Shown here one piece after another: positions 1 to 11,862 of a stretch of DNA of 64,000 bases. Under the pieces are notes generated by a model. It was given only the letters and a program-made list of their open reading frames with translations. It did no database searches and was not told where the DNA came from. Origin of the DNA: Dimorphilus gyrociliatus (taxonomy: Eukaryota > Animalia > Annelida); NCBI GenBank assembly GCA_904063045.1, contig CAJFCJ010000008.1, forward strand, positions 434,001 to 498,000, read 5' to 3'. How positions within the stretch are numbered: the stretch's first letter is position 1; every line of letters begins with the position of its first letter. Made by a program: the position numbers and the translations under genes.

Positions 1-276
1 AACAATTGAGAAATAAACGATAAACCTTAAAGCAATAAAATAAGTTATAAATAAAACTCCATAATTTTTTCGTTCTTTTCTTTCAACCTTCCCACGTTCA
101 ATAATTTTTCTTTTACTATTGAAAATAGTCCAAGAATCACGTTCCAATAAGTAGACGATAAAAACCTAGTGGACATTTAGGCCTATTTGAAAATACTATT
201 CTTTATTGAACAGTATTTTACAGTATGAGAGAGTGAGTAGAGAGAAGAAAGGCCCGGTTATAGGCGTTGAATCGTG

Positions 277-277
<1 letters not shown>

Positions 278-308
<31 letters not shown>
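278..308. repeat. (TA)n microsatellite
   Basis: Direct reading. Confidence 0.9.
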
Positions 309-310
<2 letters not shown>

Positions 311-761
311 TTTTTTTTTCCTTACGGATAATTTCTTAGGGAATTTCTAACATAATCTTGATCTCTAATAGTTCATTAAAGGTAAACAATAAATAATAAT
401 ATATAAATAATCAATTTTGATATCAAATCACTTTAAAAAGTTGATTAAGCTTAACAAAAATTGCTATAAAAAGAAATACAAACAATCTGTATGAATGAAG
501 TAAAGAATTATTCATTAAATATAGGAAGAATACGGAACATTTTTGACTTTTAATGATAAATAGGTTAATGCTATGGGATATATGAATAATAATTTCTATT
601 GTATTATAATTTCATAACCTTGTAAAGAAAGAAGAAGGAAAAATATTAAAAGAGTTTATAGCTTAAGGAAAAATATATACTAAGGACGAAAAATAATATC
701 TATATAAGAAAATTGAGAAGGATAAAAAAATCTATTGAACGATATCTTTCAAGCTACAAGA

Positions 762-780
762 GAGAGAGAGAGAAACAGAC

Positions 781-798
<18 letters not shown>
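762..798. repeat. (GA)n microsatellite just 5' of the myosin ATG
   Basis: Interrupted GA run. Confidence 0.85.
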
Positions 799-811
<13 letters not shown>

Positions 812-817
812 GTAAAG

Positions 818-3800
818 ATGAATTTTAACGTAAATGCAACCCAAGAAGATTTAACGTTATTACAAACATTAGATGAGAAAACCTTATTAGAGGAGATTCA
901 AATGCGTTATAAAGGAAATAGAATTTACGTAAGTAATATCTTAGATTTTAATTAATATAAATATAGTCGTGAAAAATATTTCAACATTCTTTTTCGTGAC
1001 TCATTCGTATTGTAATAAACTTTTTGTTCTACTTGCTTATTTTGTCATATATATAGTGAACAATGAAAATTCAACTCTTAACCACCGATATCTAAACTTT
1101 AAATGAAAATATAGTAAATAATCTAGACTATTATACACTATTTAATTTACTTACTCTTCTTTTATTAATAATATCATAATATAATTGAAAATATACAACA
1201 ATAGGGAAAGTATAAAAAGTCTACTCTTGTTTTGTATTTGAAAAGAAACGAGGGTAATGTGAAAAGATATGAGCTTGTAATCATAATACAAATATTATTA
1301 AAAATCTTAAAAGGAAGTAGACTACACTCAAAAATGATATTTCTAACATTGATTTCTTTTAAACTATGCTTTTTCTTGATAAATTTATCTTTTCTTTTAC
1401 TTTTTTATAGACTTATATAGGTGATGTTCTCCTATCTATTAATCCCTATAAGGATATATCAATATATTCTATAAGACATCAAAGAGAATATACCGATATT
1501 AAAATACGCCAAGCTCTTCCTGCTCATGTATATGCTATTGCTGACAACGCCTATCAGACTTTACGTCGAACCAGACAAAGTCAAACTATAGTGATTAATG
1601 GTGAATCGGGCTCCGGTAAGACACAAAATGCTAAATTTCTTACACAGCATATTGCATTTGTTAGTGGAGGTCATCTGGATATTGATGAACTTGAGACAAG
1701 GATTATTAAAGCTAATCCTTTATTGGAAGCGTTTGGTAACGCAAAAACGATAGCCAACGATAATTCATCGAGGTTCGGTAAATATTTAGAGATAAAATTC
1801 GATAACGACGGAGAAATGATCGGTGCTCTCATAAATGAATACATGCTGGAAAAGTCAAGAATAATTCGATGCTCACCGGGTGAAAGAAACTTTCATATCT
1901 TTTATCATATGTTTGCTGGTTTATACGACGAACAATTAAAAAATAATCTACTCGACCAGCCCGATGATCACAGAATCTTGCATACATTCGACGGTTCTCG
2001 AGTATTCGCCGATCGACAATCTTATATTTATCATCAAAGCGCCTGGGATGAACTGATGAGAATTATGACTACTGTTGGATTCAACGAAGAGCAAATAGAG
2101 ACGTTAATTGCCCTACTAGCTGCTATATTACACATAGCTGATATAGAATTCGCGCACGATGTCGAAACAGATGGTGCCTACATTTTAAATGAAAATTGTC
2201 TTGAAGTATCCGCAGAATTTCTAGGTGTCGATGCCGGTGATCTTGCAAGATGTTTTATATCAAGTAGTCAAATTGTTAGAGGGGAGGAAATTGTCATGCT
2301 TAAAACTGTACCACAGGCAGAAGACACTAGAGATGCATTGGCCGTCTCTCTATACTCAAGAGTATTTGCATGGATAGTAAGGCGAATAAATCTAATGCTA
2401 ATGCCTGAAAGGCGATACGCTACAGGACAGACAATTGGTATATTGGATATGGCTGGATTCGAAGATTTTAACGAAAACAGGTTAGAGTTTTTACCTTATA
2501 GCTATTTATATAAATACATTTACAGACAGTAGATGGCTCCACATCATAGCATATGCACTGAAGTTAAACTTTTCTCTTTTTTCCCTACTCTTTCTCTTTT
2601 TAGCTTTGAACAATTATGCATAAATACGGCGAACGAAGAGCTTCAATTCTTCTTTAATTTTTACGTTTTCCGCCAAGAATTAGACGAATATAGTCAAGAA
2701 GGAGTAAAAGGAAAAACAATTAAATACACGGATAATGGTGCAATTTTAGAGATGCTCTTACAAAAACCACTTGGTTTATTTGATATCATTAACGAGGAGA
2801 GTAAAATTCGTACCGCAACCGACCTCACTTTAGCAGAAAAGTTTAATAAATACTTTTCCGCTAAAAAGAATATTTATATTAAAATTAAAAGTAAACCTTT
2901 ATGCTTTACTATAAACCATTACGCTGGACCAGTTACTTACGGGTGTGGTGGTTTCTTAGAAAAGAACCGACATACTCTTAGCCATAATTTACTCGATTGT
3001 CTTAAAATGTCCCAAAGTCAAATCGTTTCGGATTTATATGCTGCGAAATTATCGTCAACCGGATCTCTTCAAATGAAGTAAATTGATTCTAATTAGTATA
3101 GTAAATTAACAAAATAAATTGCTTTTCTTCCTTCCCTTCTATTTTTAGCCCTGATGCTCCTATGAGGAATAGACAATCAGTTCTTTATAAAAAACCTCCA
3201 TCGTTAAATCTGAAAAATAATCAGAGTATTTCAAAGAAAGCTGGTAAACAAGTAAAGAGTAAAATGTCTAAGGGAATTGTTCAAACTTTGGATAGAACTA
3301 CAAATTCAAAGACTTTATCTTCGCAATTTACGAATTCTCTAGTTGAATTAGCTTCTAAATTGCACGATTCTCAACCAACATTTATTAGATGCATTAAACC
3401 GAATTCAATGAAACAATCGAATAAATTTGATATAGAATTGGTAAGAAAACAATTGAAATATACAGGAGTAATGGAAGTAATTCGAATTAGAAAATCTGGT
3501 TATCCTACTCGTATTTCTCATAGGCAATTTATTGATTTGTAAGTAATTTTCTACCTATTTTATATATAATCTATTAATAATTACATATTATACTTAATTT
3601 ATATTTTCATATGCTTCCCTTCTATCTTCTCTCTATGAACGATAATATCAACAATTGCAAATAATAATAATAATAATAATAAAAACAGGTATAAAATAAT
3701 AGCATTCAATTTAACGAGTAAGGTTGAACCAACAGGTTCAAATTGTTTGAAAATACTTAAAGCTACAAATCTTCATCAATTCGAGATTGGTAAGACTAAA

Positions 3801-6413
3801 GTGTTTCTTAAGCATTATCATACGGAATTATTAGTAAGAAAACTGGATGATATTGGATGGAAAATCGTTCGTGTTCAAAAACAAGCTAGAAGTTATTTGG
3901 CGAAAAAACGATTTAAATGGTTGGTCGTTAAGGCAAAAGCTGAACAAGTTGAATTAAAGGCATTCTGTAAATCGGTTGCCAATATATCGAATGCTAAATA
4001 CGATATTATTAATGCGCACCAACATCACGACTCTTTAAGATTTCATAAAAAGGTAGATGGCGCTCTTGTCATATCATAATTTCGTTTTAATGTTTTTATT
4101 CTTCTTTATCACTAAATGAAATTTATATCTTGATAAACACAAAGGCTAAGGAACTAGAACAGCAAAGAAAGGCTCAACAGGCCCAAACTGCTCAGGAAAA
4201 TATCTATCAAGCAACACCAATTTCGTTCGCTCTCAAAAAGGAAAAACCTAAACCTAGACCAAGACAAATTACGACTTCTAAGAAGAATCAACAGCCAAGA
4301 TCATTGTCCAAAATGAAAATGCCACCTCAAGAAACAAACAAACTACTCGATACAATTCTTGATGAAACTCTCGGTCGTTATACTGATATTGATATTGGCA
4401 TATGGGCGAAGGTGTATTATTTTGAAAGAAATGAGGTTTGGCCCTTACACTATTTATCTTCCTATTTGATAAAGCTAAAGCCAATATTTGTTATCGGTCG
4501 TGCTTAATTTTATCTATTTTTATTCTCCGTTAGGTTGTTGCGAAATTTTATGTTAGGAATCGTGAATTCGTCATAAACGATAGCGATGACGAATATCAGG
4601 GTCGAATTATTGGTATTGGATGCTTGGAAAATGATATTAGGGACGAAAGAGTAAGGAGAGTTCGACGATTGTTTGGCGACGGTATAACGTTATCTCGCGA
4701 ATCCGATGGTTCAATTTCAATTGTTAGAGAGACGACATGTCCAATTATCGTTAGAGGTTATGAATATCCTGAATTTTTCTGTCTATCTCGCGATGTAATA
4801 GAGAATGGCGGAGAGCTTGAGAAAAATAAGAAGACAACATTATTCGATATGGACGAATTCAAAAAGAGGATAGCTTCGGAACTCGAAGATGAAGACAAAG
4901 CGGGGAATATGGAGAAGAATCTACAAAGAATGACCATAACCCGAATAGCTATTAATGAAGATACCGAATCCGACCTACAGACTCCCTGCTGGCTAGCTAT
5001 AATTAACTTTTGCGCATTGGACGCTCTAGGAAGCGATAGAGGTAAGAAAAAACAACTTTATTCCTATAAGAAACGATTATTTAAATAAATTTGAAACACT
5101 CGGAGAGGAGCTTTCTCTTCAACGGGATACCTGTTTATCTACCGCACGCATTTTTCCAACAAGATCAACATAACATCGCACGTGTTACTGTGCTAAACAC
5201 ACAAAAACCTTTTCCTTCTATATTCTGTTATAAAAGAAGTACCGCACGCGTGTTTCGAAACATCCATCTATTGTAATAGAGCAAAAAAAATATTGAACCT
5301 TAATCTTTCCATCTTTCCCTACTTTTCAGTCTTGAAAGAAATTCGAATGCTCATCAAACAACCCCATCACAAAGACGACGCCATCATGAAGGTATGTAAT
5401 ATACACACACATACAGTATAAGTAGATAAGTAGGTGTCTCTCTTTAAATCATACAATAATATATTGATATTATTAGATCAATTTAAATTAGTATTCATCA
5501 AAACTATTACATTATGTATTCAATAATTATATGTATACAAGTTTAATTACCTATCTATTTAGTTGAGAAACGGTCGAATGCCGCCTGCTCTAAGCTATTT
5601 TCCGCCCGATAAACTGACTAAAATGCGTAGAAAACGTGCAGAAAACGAACGTTACGCCGTTGAAATCGGCGATCAATTAAGCGAGAAAAATAGATTTCTT
5701 TTTAAGGTTTTCTTTTAAATATCCCATAACCTTTGAGGTTTCTTTTTTTAATATATTCTAAATATATTATAATAATACGTTCCCCTTTTTACCCTTTAAC
5801 TCACCTTATATTCCTTTTATTGTACTAGTCTCCAAACAACATCCCTACAAAAAGCTGCACACCTTTTATCTGAAGCCTTATAACACTACCGCTAGGAATT
5901 CATTTATTAATTATTATAATTAAAAAAATTGCTATGATAACTATTCCCAAGGTGAAAGAGTTGAAAAATTAACGGTTATCCACTTTACCTAGTTTTATGT
6001 TACTCGTTCAAGGAGGAAAGGCAACTCTTTCTTGTGTCTAATAACACTAATTATATTAGTCGTCACCGTTTCCGATTTTTACACGTTCTTTTCATATTTT
6101 TTCAAATCTCTTCATTCACTCTAATTATATACCTGAGGGAATGGAAAGAAGGAATAAAGTCGGATACGGTGTTAAACAATTAGGATAATAATTAATCAAT
6201 AAACAAAATATATGCTAATTACTTTTTCTCTCTTTTTTATAGAGAAATTGGGCTAAAGTAAATTTAAGACCCAAAGAACAAAGACAACTAGGATTAGGTC
6301 AAGATTACAGAGAATTGGAAAGAGAAGAGGAACACGTGCAAGTGCTGCCCCCTCATGAGCATGTAACTAAGAAAAAAGAATGGGCAAAGCAAAAAGGAGG
6401 GTTCAACTATTGA
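818..6413 (+). CDS. Unconventional myosin (class III/XVI/XXVIII-like motor, no N-terminal kinase), one IQ motif, C-terminal Smad MH2-like domain; multi-exon
   Basis: Exon 818-928 (MNFNVNATQEDLTLL...RIY) splices to 1411 (TYIGDVLLSINP). Motor motifs: P-loop GESGSGKT, switch I NDNSSRFGK, switch II DMAGFE, FEQLCIN, FIRCIKPN, GKTKVFLK. IQ motif VQKQARSYLAKK. The tail has WAKVYYFERN...TPCWLAII (MH2-like), then three small GT-AG exons ending KGGFNY* at 6411-6413. Confidence 0.9.
4403..5028 (+). other. Smad MH2-like domain in the myosin tail (split by intron about 4436-4532)
   Basis: WAKVYYFERNE|VVAKFYV...IIGIGCLENDIRDERVRRVRRLFGDGITL...LFDMDEF...LQRMTITRIAI...TPCWLAII aligns by eye with the Smad MH2 pattern WCSISYYELNQRVGE...FCLGLLSNVNR...TRRHIGRGVRL...IFNNQEF...LTRMCTIRMSF...TPCWIEL. 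Confidence 0.8.
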
Positions 6414-6470
6414 CGCGTGAGAAAAGAAAATGAAAAAGAACGAATTGGAATTGTTGTAATATTAATTAAT

Positions 6471-6471
<1 letters not shown>

Positions 6472-6511
<40 letters not shown>
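6472..6511. repeat. (AAT)n microsatellite in the myosin 3' flank
   Basis: Direct reading. Confidence 0.85.
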
Positions 6512-6512
<1 letters not shown>

Positions 6513-7129
6513 GAAAACACATGGAAAGGAAGAATGAAGAAAATTTTAAGACAAACTATATTTTATATTCAGTCTAAATTGTTTATTTTATCATCTTTAT
6601 TAATCTTGATTTCCAATGGAAGATAAATAACTTTTTTTCTTCTATTGCATTAATAAAGTTGAATCATTAATAAATCTCGCAATTCTCACGAAGATCTACA
6701 TAATCGCTAATCTCCAGGAATACTTAATTATATCGAATTTTCTCTAAAACACTTTTCTTTCCTTTCAAACGAGGTGAGCAGGTGTAGTTCCCTCCCACTG
6801 GCACTTCAGTAAGGTCCCTTCTTCCTTTTACCGATGCGTGCGCGAATTTCTATAACCGGAACTAGACGCCTTACCGTAAAATGAGAGTTTGTAAGGGTGA
6901 AGGTCATTTTGTTGAATGCTGCCAACGCTCTGACACACGTCACGTGACATGCCAATCAGAAGAGATTATGTTTGCAGCTACGGTACGCTCGAAAGCGTTT
7001 GAAAAGGTGCCTCAGTATGTACAGTTATTACTATAATTTTGGGATTGTAGTTTTTATAATAGGAAAAGTTTGTCAAGTTTAATAAAGAGTTTCGTAGTCG
7101 TTTCGTACAAACTTCTAAACCCATGTCTA

Positions 7130-7163
<34 letters not shown>

Positions 7164-7224
7164 CTTGCACTGGCATTGCAAGGGCTCGGCTGCTTTTTAC
7201 GTTTCTCAATAAAAACAAGCGGAA

Positions 7225-7345
7225 AGTGGGAACGTTCGTGCTACGTTAAATAAACATCCTCTAACCTTATCCAAACCGATAGCCAACAACTTTGATTGAC
7301 AAGTAGCACGTGCTGAACTATCCAATAGGAAATACAAGGAGGCGG
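7225..7345 (+). promoter_or_regulatory. Hey-A proximal promoter elements
   Basis: Imperfect CSL site AGTGGGAA at 7225-7232, palindromic AGCACGTGCT at 7305-7314, CCAAT at about 7322 and a GGAGGCGGAG GC-box at about 7338, upstream of ATG 7470. Confidence 0.4.
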
Positions 7346-7469
7346 AGTCTTCTTTAACGAGCTTCTTCGCGGAAACGCCACACGCATTCATTTACAACTT
7401 GAGCGCTTGTAGCGTTCGGATATATGGTTCATATTTTATATTAAACGATAATTACCACACGAGAAAAAA

Positions 7470-9014
7470 ATGAAACGAGCTTACAGCGACGACGGTTCGG
7501 ATTTCGGCGATGACGATCCATACAAAGACGGGTAAGATATTCCATATTAAAATATTAACGCATATGTAAATATACGTTCTTTAAAGGCTATAAATAATTT
7601 TTTTCATTAATAATTAAATAAATAAAAAAAATAACAATGCCTTTAAAAATACTGGTATTTAATTGGTGCATTTTTATGTAATGGAATACGGTTGAATGCT
7701 TTATTATTTCCAATAAAGTAGAGAGAAAAAACAATATCCCTGTTCGTTCCCCCCCTCTCTCTCTCTCTCTCTCTCTCATTCCGTATTACCAGCCTCTTTG
7801 TTCCCTCTCTTGAACGCTTCTAATAAATATATATTTGGAAAATATTATGTTTAACTTTCTTCTTTTAATCTGACAGCTCACCGGATCAAAGCTGTGATGG
7901 GTCGGCGAGGAAGAAACGACGAGGGGTAAGATATTTTATTTGTCTATTGCGCAATGTTAATTAATTTAGGATTGAACAAAGGCTATAAAAGAATTTTTAT
8001 TAGAAGTTTTATTAGATAAAAAAAAGTTAGAACAAAAGAATAGGAAAGAAGAATAATGAAAAATTTACAATCGGATTAGCAAACGACAAAAAAAACCCTT
8101 GAATATGTTCATTCATACGAATAATGATCGCGTAAAGTATCTTCACACCTTTTTAGACAGTCGCAATAGGGAAACGTATAGAAACGTAATCTGTATGAGG
8201 ACGCCCGCGGACTTCGGGTGGTCGATAGCGTTTAGAAAACACTTAATGTCACGTGATCATCTCCACAGATTGTCGAAAAACGTCGTCGAGATCGTATCAA
8301 TCAGAGCCTAATAGAGCTGAAGCGTCTTGTGCCTGCCGCCTATGAGAAACAAGGATCTGCTAAGCTGGAGAAGGCAGAAATACTGCAAATGACCGTTGAC
8401 CACCTGAAGATACTAAATCAAAAAGGTAACGCTCTTTTAGCCCTTTTGCTCTCGTCCGTGTAGCTCGCGTTTCGCACGACCCAAATGACCCCTAGCATTT
8501 AAATAGTTGTCTGAAGAGTTTGTTTTCATTTTCTACGGATTACATAGCAAAACTCTCGTGGGAAACAGGTATGAACGGTTACAATGTGGATCAAGCGTCT
8601 ATGGCAGTCGATTACAGAACAATAGGATTTCGGGAATGCGCATCGGAAACTGCTCGTTACCTCGTGGCCGTCGAAGGAATGGACATCCAGAACCCGTTGA
8701 GAATTCGCCTTTTGTCTCATTTGGAATCTTTTTGCGCTCAACGAGAAGCGGCCGCCAGAGCCAGTTTGCAGCAGAATCAGTGGGCGGCACCTATAGCCTA
8801 CGCCCAACCTACCTGCCAATACACGCCGCCTCTTTCTAGTCAAGTTACTATCGATAATTGCCTACCAGCTCATTGTGCCCCGCCTACTTTAATCTCTCAG
8901 ACTAATTTGCAAAATAGCAGTAGTCAACCATCTCTGCATACCTCATCTACCGCCTCTCTTACTATGATCTCCTCGAAACCTTATCGACCTTGGGGAGCGG
9001 AGTTGGCCTATTAA
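7470..9014 (+). CDS. HEY: Hey (hairy/E(spl)-related with YRPW) bHLH-Orange repressor, copy A
   Basis: Exons 7470-7531, 7877-7925, 8269-8425 and about 8548 or 8569 to 9014 (two in-phase acceptors are possible), all GT-AG. Encodes ARKKRRG|[47 protein letters not shown], Orange domain [13 protein letters not shown]...[10 protein letters not shown], and ends [10 protein letters not shown]. Confidence 0.95.
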
Positions 9015-9989
9015 TTGACTTTATCTATTTATTTATTTATTCAGTTGATCGCGTCTGATTAAACTTTTATATAAATCTGTTTAAATTATCTTCAAAACGT
9101 TTCTTCTATTTGAACTCTCTTTAAGAAGATGGCACAAAGACAACTATGCAACAAAAAAAATATGTTTCTGTTCTAGCCAATCCATCAAAATGTCTCCAAG
9201 AGTCTCACGTGATCAGTACACTTTATATATATATATATATATTTATATATTTATCTATTTTTTTCAAGAAAAGAAAACCAAGGTTAAGTATACTTGTTCT
9301 GATGGTGTAATTTATAGAGTTTTACACTAGTCACGTTCCGTTTGTTGTTTCCTCTTATGTCCATAAAAGCACGACGTATACATTCAATACGTATGCATAC
9401 ATTCGCTTATATATAAACGTCATATATTGTATATTTATATAAATATATATGTATATGTCTATATTTAGAAAAATAACAAGTATAAATATATTTATATACA
9501 TATATCTTTTTTTGAGTTTGCAATTACTATGCGACATGACAAACATTAAAAAAAAACTTATTTATTCAATAAAAAAATTTGTTACACATGCTTATTCGAT
9601 TTGTTTTAGTACGTAAATCGGTCAGCCCATCGCCAAAAACCACATGCCGCTATCTTTCATTCGCAATGACGCGCGATAAGGTTGTTTGTCGAATTTACCC
9701 GCTGGCGTATCTCTTTTCTATGGCAACACTTTCTTTATGTATTTATAAATATATATATATCCTTAAGTTTTGTATATTTAATAAGCTAGTGAGAGTGTGA
9801 GGCAACTAGCAGTCACAGAAATTTAATGAGAACACGTTTTGCTTGATAAGGGTTTTATCTTTGTGTATTATTCAAAAAGAACGGAAAGATGAACAAACTC
9901 TGACATCGCCTGTTACGACAACGCCTCTTAATTAGCATGAACAAAAGTCGGCGTAACGTCGGTCACGTGATCTTTGCAGGGTGTGGTGT

Positions 9990-11644
9990 CTAAAAGTTTG
10001 CGTGTGGTCTACTTATTATGCTGTACTTGTAACTGTTGTATAAGTCATCCTCTTTACATAATTTCTTTATTTCTGCTTCTCTTCTAGCGTTATAGTATTC
10101 AAGGTGAGAAGTTAAACGAATTCTTAAGGGATTGTACCAATCCAAACCCTCAACCGATTCTAGATAGCGCGCTATCTCCAAGACACATTCCTTAAAACCG
10201 ACACTTCTATAATCGGGAAATGATGATGTCCTCGAGTCCTGGGGCGGTATTGAATAAATTCCTTCAAGAAGAAGAAAAAAAAAGATAAAGAATTCAACAT
10301 TTCAGACGTGAGAATATGTAAATTCCTACAAAAAGAGAGATTAATTCAAACAATTTCTTAATAGTTTAAGTACGAAAACTAATGGATAAAAATAATTTTT
10401 TATCTAAACAAAACGAGGTCATTATAGGTTTAATGGAAAAGAAAAGAATAGATAGAAATAGAAGATTAAGATTGAAATCCTTGGCATTCGATAACGAGCA
10501 AAATTTTTCTTATATAAAATTCTAATGGTTTAAGAAAAAAAAAAGGGACGAAATAGTTTCGCCCAATTTTTAGTAAAAAAGAAGGTTGACGTGACGAAAA
10601 ACAGGTGTCCAAAGAATTCCTGCCATCATCGTCCCTTTGCCACACGACCTCCGTCGACTCGTCGCCTTTCTATATAATCTATAACCCCACCTAGCCCTGT
10701 TTAAGGCGTAAAGATTGCCGGCGACGGCCTAGGCCAAAGGTTATAACCTTAGGTCGTCGACATGTCAGTGAGACGCTCTGTCGAGTGGAAATATCTGTGT
10801 GATTTATGTCGGCGATTAACACTTCACTGCCACCTGATTTTATATTTATGCATAAATGACGTCATAATAATTAAGTTCCTAACCATCCGAATTCAGCTGC
10901 TTTAGATGCTCAACAGTCAATTGTAGAATTTCCGCCTTCTCAAGCTTGCTCGCAATCTGGTGTGATTCGATTTGGTTGACATCAGTGTGAAAGGATAAAC
11001 AGATGAGGTAAAACAGGGTTAAGATGGTTGTCGGTTAGTAAAGTGGGTGGGAGTGGGAGGAATCAAAAAAAAAAAAAAATTAGCATCTTCAAACACATTA
11101 AGATTTAAGAATCTCTAGAGAAACGCCGTCCAAGGCGTCTCTAGACGCCCATCGCTCACCTGGCGTCTACAAGCCGTGGGAACAAGACGTTTCAATTCTT
11201 CAAGGCTGTTGTTGATTCGATCTCTTCGTTTTTTTTCAACGACCTGATGGGGCAATAGAAACTTTGTTTTCAGCACGCGTTTTTAGACCTTATATTCAAT
11301 TTTGGTCGCGTGCGTACGCACGCGATCTATTTAGAACGCAAATATTATTTTATAATCTCGGTCTTTAAAAGCGGTTCCTTTTTTCATAATATAGAAGATA
11401 AATTAGATATTCATACCCATTTAGAAATAAATAGCGTAACGTTTTTATGTGTACTTACCCCGCGTCTCATCCTGTCCCTCGGCTTTCTGAAAGGGAAAAG
11501 AAAACACTAAGAAGAATAGCCTTTAACTTTTAATATTGAAAGTTTTGCAGTCTTTCACTTCTCAATTCTTTTTAAGGATAATTGAAAAAAAGATTGCCGA
11601 CGCGCCTTCGCTTACCCTCTAGAGATCTCCTCTTCCGAAGACAT
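9990..11644 (-). CDS. Hey-like bHLH-Orange paralog, copy B, lacking the YRPW tail
   Basis: Exons 11644-11616, 11486-11459, 11243-11160, 10956-10884 and 10261-9990, all GT-AG with consistent phases. Translation: [75 protein letters not shown]...DYRSVGFKECVLEIARYLESVEGLDWYNPLRIRLTSHLEYY...SRPHANF*. Confidence 0.9.
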
Positions 11645-11789
11645 CCCACAGAATTTGAGTGTGTCCCAAATGTTTGCAACAAATTTTGAAGATCGGCGTT
11701 GTGAACTTTCGGATCAGATTGAAAGAATGAGAGAAAGGGAAAGAAGGAAGGAGAAAATATCGAGCAGGTGCTGAATCCGGCCCATAAAC

Positions 11790-11862
11790 CGTGGGAAACG
11801 ATTGGACGCTCGACCGAGGAATTTTTCCTTTTTCACCCCACCCCTCTTTTCTCCTTATAAGG
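11790..11862 (-). promoter_or_regulatory. Hey-B proximal promoter cluster: CSL/Su(H) site, CCAAT and CArG/TATA-like box
   Basis: CGTGGGAA at 11790-11797, ATTGG at 11801-11805 and CCTTATAAGG at 11853-11862, 150-220 bp upstream of the Hey-B ATG. Confidence 0.55.

Noticed and set aside
713-817. N-terminal extension of the myosin ORF (TTG start, ERERERE)
   Set aside because: It is a translation of a GA microsatellite; ATG 818 gives a normal myosin start, and no upstream kinase exon or acceptor is seen.
8507-8843. Overlapping ORFs 8507-8839(+), 8526-8843(-) and 8599-8790(-)
   Set aside because: Shadow frames of the GC-richer Hey exon; no recognisable domains.
11175-11182. CGTGGGAA CSL site
   Set aside because: It lies inside Hey-B coding exon 3 (antisense of V-P-T codons), so coding constraint explains it.
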